NCBI GenBank assembly: GCA_964648765.1
Contig: CAZYLF010000003.1
Span: 41,676-105,675, forward strand
DNA from: an uncultured Candidatus Saccharibacteria bacterium
Lineage (GTDB): Bacteria > Patescibacteriota > Minisyncoccia > Phycocordibacterales > JACOZG01
Length of the DNA: 64,000 nt
Direction of reading: 5' to 3'
Below the pieces are notes generated by a model. It was not told where the DNA came from and made no database searches. It saw only the letters and a program-made list of their open reading frames with translations. The position numbers and the translations under genes are program-made. Positions 54,943-63,847 of the stretch are shown one piece after another (the stretch's first letter is position 1; every line of letters begins with the position of its first letter).

Positions 54943-55485
54943 TTATTCTTTAAGTTTTTTAACTCCTAGCCAAATCAAAACAGCCAGAGCCAACGCAAGT
55001 AAAATTACTTGCAGATAATCCTGCATCTCAGACCAATAACGCATTGAGCCGATGATAAATGAGAGCACTCCACCAAGCGAGAGACCGTAAGATACCGCCT
55101 GAGCGGTAATCCAAAAGCCAATAACGATAGAAGCCAACCCAAGAATAATTAAGACAATAAAGACGTTACGATTGTATGGTGCCTGCGCGTCCTCATAATC
55201 TTGTCTGCAAGTAAATATAGGGTCGCAATAACCAGTTTGAACTTGGGTCGGAATTGGTCGGGCAATATCCACACCAGGAGTAAGCGGCGGAGTTTCTGTC
55301 CATGATCCACCAGTGGCCACGCACTCCTTTTCATTCATTAATTTATTAACTTGTTGCTCAGGGCAAAAGTCATTCCACTCTGGTGATGGATAAAAAAGAT
55401 GGATTGAATAATTAAAAAATAAATTAAGCACCACCAAAATCGCAATTGTTAATATCCACTTTAAAAACTTAGGTGAATTGTTCAT
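54943..55485 (-). CDS. Hypothetical membrane protein
   Basis: 180 aa with three hydrophobic helices. Confidence 0.3.
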   Translation of the reverse strand: MNNSPKFLKWILTIAILVVLNLFFNYSIHLFYPSPEWNDFCPEQQVNKLMNEKECVATGGSWTETPPLTPGVDIARPIPTQVQTGYCDPIFTCRQDYEDAQAPYNRNVFIVLIILGLASIVIGFWITAQAVSYGLSLGGVLSFIIGSMRYWSEMQDYLQVILLALALAVLIWLGVKKLKE

Positions 55486-55579
55486 GTTGGACCTATTATA
55501 TCATAATGCATGATTTGTTTGACGAATTTGATCGTAAGTAGTAATTTATCATCAGTGTTCTTTTAAGAGGAGGAAACTG

Positions 55580-56125
55580 ATGGCAAACAACATAGATCGT
55601 TTTTGCACGTTACTTGAACAAGGTAAGATAAACAGAAATTTGCTCAACTCATGGGGTAGAAGTGGGTACAGCAATCCGTTACACGTCATTGAGCGTGTCG
55701 CAACAAAACAAAACAATCGTGAGTTTATCATGATCACAGTTTTTATCATGACTGTTGTTTTGTTCATTATTGAATCGTCTTCAGGCGACAAACCAAAATT
55801 AGATTTTTACCTTTTGTCATTTTGCCTCATGCTTTTTTTAGCAATGTTTAATTGGTGTGACCGCTACTATGCCTCGTGGCAAGCAAAAAACTTTCTTCAG
55901 GCTATTGAACGTCTTGAAAAAATTTTGGAGTTGCCCAATGGAGCTTGCACGGGTGATTATGGAATTGCCGAGCTCAAAACACTTGCTGAGAATATATATC
56001 ACCGCAAATGCCAGGAGGTGGATGAAGGTAAATGCGATGAAAGTGAAGCAAAAAATGTGATCAGCTATTTACGTGGATTTAAGCTGATCCAATTGGAAGA
56101 AGAGCAAACACCAGAATTGGCATAG
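55580..56125 (+). CDS. Small 2-TM membrane protein, member 1 of tandem paralogue family
   Basis: Strong RBS AAGAGGAGG. N-terminal ~50-aa conserved module (..GKINRNLLNSW....NP..), then two TM helices, then a divergent Cys-containing C-tail. Confidence 0.4.
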   Translation: MANNIDRFCTLLEQGKINRNLLNSWGRSGYSNPLHVIERVATKQNNREFIMITVFIMTVVLFIIESSSGDKPKLDFYLLSFCLMLFLAMFNWCDRYYASWQAKNFLQAIERLEKILELPNGACTGDYGIAELKTLAENIYHRKCQEVDEGKCDESEAKNVISYLRGFKLIQLEEEQTPELA

Positions 56126-56136
56126 AAAATCTCCCC

Positions 56137-56196
56137 GCGCGGTGGCACACCCATCGCGCTTTTTTTGTTTGACAAAGTAAAATTTAGGTGTAGTTT
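56137..56196 (+). promoter_or_regulatory. Terminator-promoter cassette copy 1: hairpin GCGCGGTGG...CCATCGCGC + T-run, then TTGACA-N16-TAGTTT
   Basis: GC-rich 9-bp stem with one G.U wobble, T7 run, -35 TTGACA at 56169-56174 and -10-like TAGTTT at 56191-56196. Confidence 0.55.
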
Positions 56197-56252
56197 AAAA
56201 ATTAGATTGATTGTTGTTAGTCCAATCCGCTTTGAGCGGGAAAGGAAAGATT

Positions 56253-57020
56253 ATGTCACTTGGTCTTTTAAAGAAAAGTCGAGATGTTTATGGGCTTCCT
56301 TATTGTCTACTTTGGTTTTGGGTTGAACGCAAAAAGATTACACAGGAAAGTGGTGGGAACTTTTTAGCAAAGACAGAAAAGAAGTTGGTGAGGTCGTACC
56401 TGCTGATGGCGGTTGGAGGCGCCGTTTTCGCACTTTCAATTACCACACTCTTTCTCCTGGGTGGACCAAAAGTGGTGGATCAACAGTCCTTACCAGTAGG
56501 ATGGGTAAATTTTTTAGCCATGCTCCTGGGTGGAAGTAGTCTGGTTGTTGGCTTTATCGTGTTTTTCGATGTTTTGTTTAGCGGCGATGAGAGTGGTTTT
56601 CAAACAGACCTAGATAGGTTTATGGAATTTACCAGGACAGGCATCATAATGTTATCCCAAATGGGTAATAACGAGCTACGAGAACTCGTCGAAAAAACCC
56701 TGAACGAATCGGCCTACCAAGTCAAAACTGAGGAAAGGTTGATGGATGCCTATTTGCGAGAGGATCCAGAATACCTGATCCATCGCCTCAAAAAGATCCA
56801 ACTCCAAGACAAATTTGCCAGTGACTTTGTGTTCTTTGAGAGTCGGTTTGGTTTAATCAAGGGTGATCCAATTAAATTCCTAGCCGACAATAATCTCGGT
56901 AAGGGAATTAGCGTGACGGCAAAACCGGTGGACCCGCCACCTAAGACGATGAGTGCAGTCACCGGTGACGAAAAAGACGACCGAAAGATCAGGAGCCTAA
57001 TAGAAAGAGCTGATGAATAA
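56253..57020 (+). CDS. 2-TM membrane protein, paralogue family member 2
   Basis: Start at the ATG with an AAAGGAAAG RBS (56253). Two TM helices, then a ~150-aa soluble C-terminal domain. Confidence 0.4.
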   Translation: MSLGLLKKSRDVYGLPYCLLWFWVERKKITQESGGNFLAKTEKKLVRSYLLMAVGGAVFALSITTLFLLGGPKVVDQQSLPVGWVNFLAMLLGGSSLVVGFIVFFDVLFSGDESGFQTDLDRFMEFTRTGIIMLSQMGNNELRELVEKTLNESAYQVKTEERLMDAYLREDPEYLIHRLKKIQLQDKFASDFVFFESRFGLIKGDPIKFLADNNLGKGISVTAKPVDPPPKTMSAVTGDEKDDRKIRSLIERADE

Positions 57021-57042
57021 AACACAATAATGAGTAGTCCTC

Positions 57043-57103
57043 GCGCGGTGGTTCATACCCACCGCGCTTTTTTGTTTGACAAAAATTAAAAGAGTAGTAG
57101 TTT
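57043..57103 (+). promoter_or_regulatory. Terminator-promoter cassette copy 2
   Basis: GCGCGGTGG-ttcatac-CCACCGCGC + T-run, -35 TTGACA 57076-57081, -10-like TAGTTT 57098-57103 (N16). Confidence 0.55.
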
Positions 57104-57245
57104 AAATAACAGATCATAACTCAACGTAAGCTTGGCGTTGGGAAGAATGAAGTGTTTGGACTCTGGCCTGAAACCAGACCCAAACGGGACCTGAAATCCC
57201 CATTCTTAAAGTACAAGCATCTCCCGCAGGGAGAGAGGAGACGTT

Positions 57246-57968
57246 ATGTCATTAGATCTTTGTAAGATGGAGAAGAAAAGTTGGCAGATGCCACACATCC
57301 TACTTTGGATGTGGCTAGGGTATGGATTTGGAAAAAGAAAAGACCCCCTTAAAAAAATGAGGGAGAATTTCCAAATTGCTATTGCCGCATGTGGGCTGGG
57401 CGCAGGAATCCTTATCACGATGGTAGTGGTCTCAATTTCCGTTAAAACCAGTTCACCCCCAGTGATACCTAATCTGTATAATACGATTATGTTCATCGCC
57501 TTCATTGGATGCGCTCTTATTGCTGGAATATTCATAACTAAAAGCAGTACAGATAGTACGGGATTCTCAGATGCTCTGGAAAGATTCGCAAAAGAGGTTG
57601 CGAAGACTCCCGAATCACTTGCCGAAATGAGTAAGGCTGAGTTGTATAAGTTGGCAGAGTCTGTAATTTTTCTCAAAGCATGGAACATTAAAAGGACCGA
57701 GACTGAAATGGCAAAGTACCAAGAAGGTTCACATCAACGTAATGCGTTGCAGAACGAAAAGGAAGCACTTAAAGTAGAGCTAAGGGGAAAGGAAAGCTTC
57801 TTTGCTTTACAGTTTGGTTTGCACTTTGGATCACACGATCGATTCTTTAATGAGAATCCCCTTGCCTCAAACACGGCTCCCCTAACCCCAGAAGCGGCGG
57901 CGGCGTTTGCTAAAGCAGAAGCCGAATTGCAAACAACGCCAATTACGTCACAAGATAGTCTTGATTAG
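57246..57968 (+). CDS. 2-TM membrane protein with C-terminal coiled-coil/Ala-rich tail, paralogue family member 3
   Basis: GAGAGGAG RBS. HILLWMWLGYGFGKRKDPLKK then two TM helices, and a C-terminal EMAKYQEGSHQRNALQNEKEALKVEL. Confidence 0.4.
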   Translation: MSLDLCKMEKKSWQMPHILLWMWLGYGFGKRKDPLKKMRENFQIAIAACGLGAGILITMVVVSISVKTSSPPVIPNLYNTIMFIAFIGCALIAGIFITKSSTDSTGFSDALERFAKEVAKTPESLAEMSKAELYKLAESVIFLKAWNIKRTETEMAKYQEGSHQRNALQNEKEALKVELRGKESFFALQFGLHFGSHDRFFNENPLASNTAPLTPEAAAAFAKAEAELQTTPITSQDSLD

Positions 57969-57974
57969 TCACAG

Positions 57975-58014
57975 CCCGGCAGATTTCTTACGAAATCTGC
58001 CGGTTTTTTTATTT
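57975..58014 (+). terminator. Rho-independent terminator
   Basis: CCCGGCAGATTTC-ttac-GAAATCTGCCGG then T11. Confidence 0.6.
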
Positions 58015-58125
58015 ATTAAATCATGACTGGACAAAAACTAGTTTATTTGTTATAAACAAAAGCAGAGCTTAGGCACAAGCCGAGGCAAATTGGTCTCCAA
58101 ATCAACATTAAGAAAGGACATAAAC

Positions 58126-58569
58126 TTGAATTACGCTAAAAGAATCGTAAGGGCGTTTGATGACGGCAAAATTGATCAGCGGTTACTTGATTTATGGGCT
58201 AAAAACACAGGTGGAGCAAACCCTGTGGCAAGAGCCAAGCATTATCTTAAGGTCAGACGCATCGCCTGGGTAACCATCTCTTTGAATGCCATTGGCATGT
58301 TCGTAACTTTAGGTTGGCCATTCAGTAATCAAGGTGACTGGATGAAAGCAGTATCGATTACTTCAGTCGTCACCTGTTTGCTAACGCTGATGACCGTTCC
58401 ATTTCTTGGCTACCGGTCACCCAGTGTAAAAACCCTCCACATATTTATTTATGGCGATGATCATCATCCACCAAGTGAATGGTTGAGGGCGCTTGATGAA
58501 CTTCAAGCAGAGCGTGCTCGATTTAATGAATTCCAACGAAACAATTGGAAAGGAGCAAAAAGTGGATAA
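58126..58569 (+). CDS. 2-TM membrane protein, paralogue family member 4
   Basis: Probable TTG start at 58126 with AAGAAAGGA RBS (ORF track starts at TTG 58090). N-terminal NYAKRIVRAFDDGKIDQRLLDLWAKNTGGANP, then two TM helices. Confidence 0.4.
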   Translation: MNYAKRIVRAFDDGKIDQRLLDLWAKNTGGANPVARAKHYLKVRRIAWVTISLNAIGMFVTLGWPFSNQGDWMKAVSITSVVTCLLTLMTVPFLGYRSPSVKTLHIFIYGDDHHPPSEWLRALDELQAERARFNEFQRNNWKGAKSG

Positions 58570-59059
58570 CGCGAAACAGATTGTTAAGGCTTGGGACAAT
58601 GGAGAGATCCATTATTTCATCCCTGAAGCTTGGGCAAAAGCAACAGGAAAAACTGACCCAATCGCCCTAGCAAGATTCATGATCTCAACTCGGTGTTGGA
58701 TGTGGCCAACGGCAATAATCAGCATATTGGCAATTTTTACCTTTGTTGGTTGGCCGTTTGATAGTGATGGGACATTCTTTAAGGCCGGGCCTATTACCCT
58801 ATTTTCGGCCTATCTTATCCTCGGCATGATTGCCTTGCCTATCATGGGCTACACAGCGCTTGATGACTTTATCGATTTACTTGAAAAGTCTAAGCATAGT
58901 GAGGAAATGCAAAGGCTACTGGCAGAAATCACACGCACAAAAGCAGTCTACGAGCGAGAACTGAGCAAATCGCGTCACAAGCGGAGATTGAGTAAGTCTA
59001 GAATTCGCCGACGTCCGCGCCGCAAGCGTCGGGTCCGTTCAAAAATGTCGAGGTCTTAA
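58562..59059 (+). CDS. 2-TM membrane protein with highly basic C-tail, paralogue family member 5
   Basis: Probable GTG start at 58562 with AAAGGAG RBS. N-terminal DNAKQIVKAWDNGEIHYFIPEAWAKATGKTDP is paralogous to member 4. Tail RHKRRLSKSRIRRRPRRKRRVRS. Confidence 0.4.
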   Translation: MDNAKQIVKAWDNGEIHYFIPEAWAKATGKTDPIALARFMISTRCWMWPTAIISILAIFTFVGWPFDSDGTFFKAGPITLFSAYLILGMIALPIMGYTALDDFIDLLEKSKHSEEMQRLLAEITRTKAVYERELSKSRHKRRLSKSRIRRRPRRKRRVRSKMSRS

Positions 59060-59070
59060 TATTTCTCCCC

Positions 59071-59130
59071 GCGCGATGGCTTACCCCATCGCGCTTTTTT
59101 ATTTGACTAAATAATATATGATGGTAGTTT
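59071..59130 (+). promoter_or_regulatory. Terminator-promoter cassette copy 3 (stem variant GCGCGATGG/CCATCGCGC)
   Basis: Compensatory change in both stem arms relative to copies 2 and 5. T-run, -35 TTGACT 59103-59108, -10-like TAGTTT 59125-59130. Confidence 0.55.
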
Positions 59131-59180
59131 GTTTACTGGGGATAATGATCTTCGTAAGTCAAAAACTGAAAGGAACAAAA

Positions 59181-59774
59181 ATGAAAATTGTAGACCAGAT
59201 CCGTGACCTAGCGAACAAAAAGAAAGTTAATCAATCTCTAGTCACGCAGTGGATACAAAACAACAAAGCCCCTAACCCCAACCCATTTTTAGTCCTGGAA
59301 GACTATAGAAACGGGATAAGACTTGCTTGGATATTAATGTGTGCGGCACTTTTGGGACTAGGGATTATGCTGCATAGTATGTACATCTTGAACGCTAAAC
59401 CAGAAATGTGGGTTTTTGTTGTTTTAGCAATAATGACAATACTTCCACTACTAAGTCTGGGACTAACTTACACAGCCTTGAGATTATTTCTTCCTTATCT
59501 TGAAAAATTTGTGAAGGATGTTGAGATTCTTGATACAATTTTGGTTCTACCAAACGGCACAAGTGATTTAACTTTTGAAGAAATTCAGGAAAGAGCTGCA
59601 CCGATTTTGAGAGAACTAAAACTAGGAATCAAAGAAGAGTTCGCCTCCCTGGATAGCTCCTTGATGCACTTTAAAGGATTTGGCACTTTGGATATCCTTC
59701 GCTGTTTTCATGCCTTTGGTTTGTATAAGATTGGAGAAGAACCGGTAATCTTGTACGGGATAAGGGAGAAATAG
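59181..59774 (+). CDS. 2-TM membrane protein, paralogue family member 6
   Basis: Start at the ATG with an AAAGGAAC RBS (59181), downstream of the cassette -10. N-terminal KIVDQIRDLANKKKVNQSLVTQWIQNNKAPNPNP, then two TM helices. Confidence 0.4.
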   Translation: MKIVDQIRDLANKKKVNQSLVTQWIQNNKAPNPNPFLVLEDYRNGIRLAWILMCAALLGLGIMLHSMYILNAKPEMWVFVVLAIMTILPLLSLGLTYTALRLFLPYLEKFVKDVEILDTILVLPNGTSDLTFEEIQERAAPILRELKLGIKEEFASLDSSLMHFKGFGTLDILRCFHAFGLYKIGEEPVILYGIREK

Positions 59775-59787
59775 TGTACTTGCAATC

Positions 59788-59847
59788 GCGCGATGGCTTG
59801 CCCATCGCGCTTTTTTATTTGACTAATTATACTAATAGCAGTAGCTT
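59788..59847 (+). promoter_or_regulatory. Terminator-promoter cassette copy 4
   Basis: GCGCGATGG-cttgc-CCATCGCGC + T-run, -35 TTGACT 59819-59824, -10-like TAGCTT 59842-59847 (N17). Confidence 0.55.
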
Positions 59848-59905
59848 TCATTTAGAAATCGTTCACGTTTATGAAAACAAAGCATGTTCATTGAAAGGAG
59901 CAATC

Positions 59906-60412
59906 ATGCAAATTGAGAATCTGGATGACTTTCACGAATCTACCCTCCAAATAATTGGGCAGCAGATGAATAGTTTCAGCACAGCGCAAATTTTGCGAAC
60001 CATTTGTTTGTTAGTGGGCGATCAGTTACCTCCCCACCTGCAGAAAAGAAAAGACAACTTGGCCAAAATTGTAAGCAAAGTAGTTGGACGAATTGATCTT
60101 TCAACTCACCCATCTGTTGAAATTGCCACCTTCTTAAGAGAACGAGGCGCCAGCGCAAGGTCTCTCAGAATCGCCCTTGAAGAAATCGGAGAAGTTGACC
60201 AACCAGAACCAGCTATTTTGGAAAGGATAGTCTCCTACGCTCGAGAAGAAACTCTGGATGCGAATGATCTCTTGGTGATGCCACATCACCTAGTAATTGG
60301 CATTCTTAGGTGTGAGAATTCACTCGGAGCAAGGTCCTTGACCCATCTTGGTGTTCCACTTGAAGAAACAGCAAAAGAAATCAGACAAGCTTTTGCAAAA
60401 TCTGAAGACTGA
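59906..60412 (+). CDS. Stand-alone Clp N-terminal (Clp_N) double-repeat domain protein
   Basis: Start at the ATG with AAAGGAG RBS (59906). Two Clp_N-like repeats: STAQILRTICLLVGDQLPPHL and HHLVIGILRCENSLGARSLTHLGVPLEETAKEIRQAF. No AAA+ module. Confidence 0.5.
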   Translation: MQIENLDDFHESTLQIIGQQMNSFSTAQILRTICLLVGDQLPPHLQKRKDNLAKIVSKVVGRIDLSTHPSVEIATFLRERGASARSLRIALEEIGEVDQPEPAILERIVSYAREETLDANDLLVMPHHLVIGILRCENSLGARSLTHLGVPLEETAKEIRQAFAKSED

Positions 60413-60422
60413 TTAGTTTACC

Positions 60423-60455
60423 GCGCGGTGGTTCATACCCACCGCGCTTTTTTTG
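60423..60455 (+). terminator. Cassette-type terminator hairpin copy 5 (no promoter half)
   Basis: GCGCGGTGG-ttcatac-CCACCGCGC + T8. Not followed by TTGACA. Confidence 0.55.
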
Positions 60456-60517
60456 TATTAAAAACAGAAAACCCACCATCTCGCGACAGGGGTTTCCTGT
60501 TTTGAGATGGTGGGTTG

Positions 60518-60715
60518 CTACTTGTTTTCGAGATCAGTGAGAATTTCGACAATCTTACTGTTGTGCTCATCAGCGCCACAGGTGCAGTCGCCTGCCATGT
60601 GTGGGTCGTTAACGGGACAATGATCTGGGTGGCTTCTTTTAAGACCCTCAAGTCTCATCTTGGTTCTGGCGATCTTTTCAATTAGTTCCCACTCTAACAA
60701 ACTTGGTCTACCCAT
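60518..60715 (-). CDS. Hypothetical small Cys/His-containing protein
   Basis: 65-aa ORF with HPDHCP...CTCGADEH. Confidence 0.2.
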   Translation of the reverse strand: MGRPSLLEWELIEKIARTKMRLEGLKRSHPDHCPVNDPHMAGDCTCGADEHNSKIVEILTDLENK

Positions 60716-60780
60716 AAAAAACTCCTTTCTTTATAGAATCAAACCCCAACCTAACATAAAAATTTTTAGCGTCAAATAAC

Positions 60781-61734
60781 CTAAATCTTAAACTCGATCA
60801 CGTCACCATCCTTCACAATATATTCTTTGCCTTCAGTGCGTTTGAGACCGCCTTTGAGTAGGCTCTCCCAATTCACAATATCAGCTTTAATAAATTTATC
60901 TTTAAAGTCCGTGTGGATCGCCGTGCCGGCTTCGGGTGCGGTGCTGCCAGCGCGGATCGTCCAGGCACGAGTCTCATCTTCACCAGTGGTGAAGTAAGTT
61001 ATAAGCCCAAGCAAGTGATATGCTGCGCGAATGAGATCATCGAGACCAGTTTCAAAAACGGAGTCTACCTGCACTACTTCACGCCCCTTGAAAGCATTTT
61101 TAATTTCATCAACTTTATTTTCATTAGCTTCAGAACTATTGAGCACATAGAGAATCGGTTTGGCGGTGAGCAAACATAAATGCTTCGGTGCGTCAGCCCC
61201 GGCCAACTCCCCTTTCTCAAGTTTAGCCTTAAGCTCCGTTAAAATTTTATCTTCTGCCACCGCCTCTTTATCTCCCCGCTTCAACTCTTTGCCAATGTTG
61301 CTCTGGCGCTTGTTCACCGTCTCAAGATCGGCGAGCACTAATTCATATTCAATCGTCTTCACATCATCGAGTGGTGAGACTTTGTTGGCCACATGGATCA
61401 CATCTTTATCTTCAAAAACTCGCACCACCTGAGCAATCGCATCCACCTCGCGGATGTGGGAGAGAAATTTATTCCCCAGACCTTCACCCGACGCCGCACC
61501 GGCCACTAAGCCAGCGATGTCTACGAATTCAATTGCCGCCGGAATAGTCTTGGCCGATTTACTAAATTCACTCAACTTCGCCAAGCGATCATCTGGCACC
61601 GCCACCACGCCCACCGATGGATCGATGGTGCAAAATGGATAATTCTCCGCTGGCACGCCCTTCTTAGTAAGCGCGTTAAACAACGTCGACTTGCCAACGT
61701 TTGGTAGCCCCACAATGCCGATGGATAGAGACAT
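60781..61734 (-). CDS. ychF: Ribosome-binding ATPase YchF (Obg-family GTPase fold), short form
   Basis: IGIVGLPNVGKSTLFNALT, NYPFCTIDP, LLTAKPILYVLN, and a C-terminal TGS-like domain. Confidence 0.85.
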   Translation of the reverse strand: MSLSIGIVGLPNVGKSTLFNALTKKGVPAENYPFCTIDPSVGVVAVPDDRLAKLSEFSKSAKTIPAAIEFVDIAGLVAGAASGEGLGNKFLSHIREVDAIAQVVRVFEDKDVIHVANKVSPLDDVKTIEYELVLADLETVNKRQSNIGKELKRGDKEAVAEDKILTELKAKLEKGELAGADAPKHLCLLTAKPILYVLNSSEANENKVDEIKNAFKGREVVQVDSVFETGLDDLIRAAYHLLGLITYFTTGEDETRAWTIRAGSTAPEAGTAIHTDFKDKFIKADIVNWESLLKGGLKRTEGKEYIVKDGDVIEFKI

Positions 61735-61792
61735 CTTATTACTATCTACTATTTTGCCCCAAAATTCAAACTACATTAAGAATGTTTATGGT

Positions 61793-63847
61793 TTAAGCCC
61801 TCGGTTTTAAATGGCTGATATGCCTAGATAAAATCTCTTGAATAGCAGCAGGAAAGTCTTCAACACTTTGCGGGATGATGCTATCTTCGCCAAAATGATA
61901 CTTGACCTTGGCTGGAATATCACCTTCTGAGGTAATAGCCGTACCCTCAAAAGGTGTAACGTTTCTGGCTTCTTCAGCAGCGGCTTTAGTATCAGGGCTC
62001 TCTGTTGTGCTGTCTGAAACAAAAACCATTAATGTCCCTAATCTGTCGCTGACGCCGCGAAATTGCTGAGAGGCTCGGTGTAATCGAGGCACAGCTGCTT
62101 GAATTGCTCGAGCATCTTCATTGCCCTTATTGCCAAAAGGTCCGGCTGGGTCAACCATTGATACCAGTTTGGTTTTAATTTTTACCGAGTAATCGTCTTT
62201 TGCTGACTTAATAAGATACTTTTCTCCCAGGTCTTGATCACCGACATTTCCCTCATCGCTCGCGAGTATCTCAATGTGAATATTAAATCCCAAAGCGGCC
62301 TCACAAACCGCGACACAAGCTTTAACTGCATTTTTTATCCGTTCAGCCTCTTGATACATCGAACCGGAGACATCAACTAAGAGTTGCAGAACCAAAGCAT
62401 TTTTTTCTGGAGTCTGCCTTCGCCCCATTGGATTCTCATACCCAGTTCCAAATCTCCTAACCAGCCGCCGGACGTCAAACCGAATACCCTTTTTGCCCCA
62501 ATCATACTGCGGCTCATCAACTTTTGGCAAAAATCTTTCGAAGACACGCTTCAGTTGATGAATCACCGGCTGAACCTCATCTTTTAATTCACTGTATGCT
62601 TCACGTAATTTAGGATCCTCAAAACCATCCTTAGTTTGCAACAAGTCATTCTTTGCTTGCTCGAGCGACTTCTGATCTTTGTCTTTACTTTCAGAATTCT
62701 GTTTGGCTTTTTCTGATTTCTGTTGGAGTCTTTTCTCGTGTTTATCAACAATATTTTTGAAAATTTTCTGCATCTCTGGCGGCCAAGAAGAAGGATCACT
62801 CGGGTCAAAATTGCCGTCTGACTCTGGTGGCTTTTCACCCTTTGACGATTTACCCTTTTTTAATTTTTTATCAGGCTTCGACTTCCCTTCTTTCCCCTCA
62901 CCATCATCACCATCGCCCTCTCCTTCCTCAGATTCACCCGCCTCTTCCGGAAATTCATCAATGAGCTTTTTAAACGACGGCCAAATAACATCAACGATCT
63001 CCCTCTCAACCTCTGCCCCAACTTTCATACAGGGCCGGACCGCATCACCGGTAATCTTTTTCAAGCTCGCTTCAACCTTCAAAAACTCCTCTTTTACTCG
63101 GGGATCTAAGTCATCCAAACTCCACGGTTTTTGCTCTCCCGCTAAATCTTTTTCATGTAAACGCCACAGCGATTCGAGTTTTAAAATAAATTTAAACTGC
63201 TCGGGTGGCGTCATTTTTGGTTTACCCTCCGACCCCTTTATACCCTCCGCGATATTAGGGATTATCAATAACCGATTTTTTTCAAAGAGCTGCTGGCGAG
63301 CATTTTCATGCATTGGCCCACCCACCAGTCTCTCCATTCTTGGATCCTCGATGCAATTGTCTAAACTAGTAAGTTCAGACGGGTCATAGCCTTCTTGGCG
63401 AGCCAAAATTCGGAATCTTTCAATCCGGCCAAAATCTGTCCATTTGGCGTGGCCTTGCTCATGGGCGATCTCTCCGCGCAAAAACTGTTGTGGTGCCTTA
63501 CCAGCCACATAAACATAGGGCAGGCCTATAAGATAGGTTTTCTTTTGCGGGTCATCAACAATTTCTCCCGTTTCAGTTACTGTTTTGGCCGGTACTTGTC
63601 CGCAACAAAACGTGTCGAGAGTTGGGTCGGTATACACCTCGATTACCCTGTCTGGCGTTTGAGAAAACTTTTCCAGATCGCTCAAAATCTGATCAACTTC
63701 TTCCGGCGATGCCGTCTTCATCCGTTCTTGACACCCCGCAATAAAAGCATTGGGATCACCAAGCAAAGTCTCTTCTTTGAGAACTTCTTGGATTTCTCCT
63801 GTTTGCATATTTTCAGGTGTTTTCATCATAATCTCTAGATAATACAA
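61793..63847 (-). CDS. VWA-domain protein with N-terminal HExxH putative metallopeptidase domain (DUF2201-like architecture)
   Basis: HEQGHAKWTDFG (HExxH) at aa ~125. Central Glu/Lys/Asp-rich linker. C-terminal VWA with MIDAS motif LLVDVSGSM and downstream VFVSDSTTES. Confidence 0.6.
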   Translation of the reverse strand: MYYLEIMMKTPENMQTGEIQEVLKEETLLGDPNAFIAGCQERMKTASPEEVDQILSDLEKFSQTPDRVIEVYTDPTLDTFCCGQVPAKTVTETGEIVDDPQKKTYLIGLPYVYVAGKAPQQFLRGEIAHEQGHAKWTDFGRIERFRILARQEGYDPSELTSLDNCIEDPRMERLVGGPMHENARQQLFEKNRLLIIPNIAEGIKGSEGKPKMTPPEQFKFILKLESLWRLHEKDLAGEQKPWSLDDLDPRVKEEFLKVEASLKKITGDAVRPCMKVGAEVEREIVDVIWPSFKKLIDEFPEEAGESEEGEGDGDDGEGKEGKSKPDKKLKKGKSSKGEKPPESDGNFDPSDPSSWPPEMQKIFKNIVDKHEKRLQQKSEKAKQNSESKDKDQKSLEQAKNDLLQTKDGFEDPKLREAYSELKDEVQPVIHQLKRVFERFLPKVDEPQYDWGKKGIRFDVRRLVRRFGTGYENPMGRRQTPEKNALVLQLLVDVSGSMYQEAERIKNAVKACVAVCEAALGFNIHIEILASDEGNVGDQDLGEKYLIKSAKDDYSVKIKTKLVSMVDPAGPFGNKGNEDARAIQAAVPRLHRASQQFRGVSDRLGTLMVFVSDSTTESPDTKAAAEEARNVTPFEGTAITSEGDIPAKVKYHFGEDSIIPQSVEDFPAAIQEILSRHISHLKPRA

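Noticed and set aside
58493-58561. ORF-track N-terminus (MMNFKQSVLDLMNSNETIGKEQK) of the 58493-59059 ORF overlapping the previous gene
   Set aside because: A GTG at 58562 with a strong AAAGGAG RBS gives an N-terminus paralogous to the neighbours. The upstream extension is probably not translated.
59118-59180. ORF-track start at 59118 for the 59118-59774 ORF
   Set aside because: It lies upstream of or inside the cassette promoter -10 (59125-59130). The ATG at 59181 with an RBS is the plausible start.
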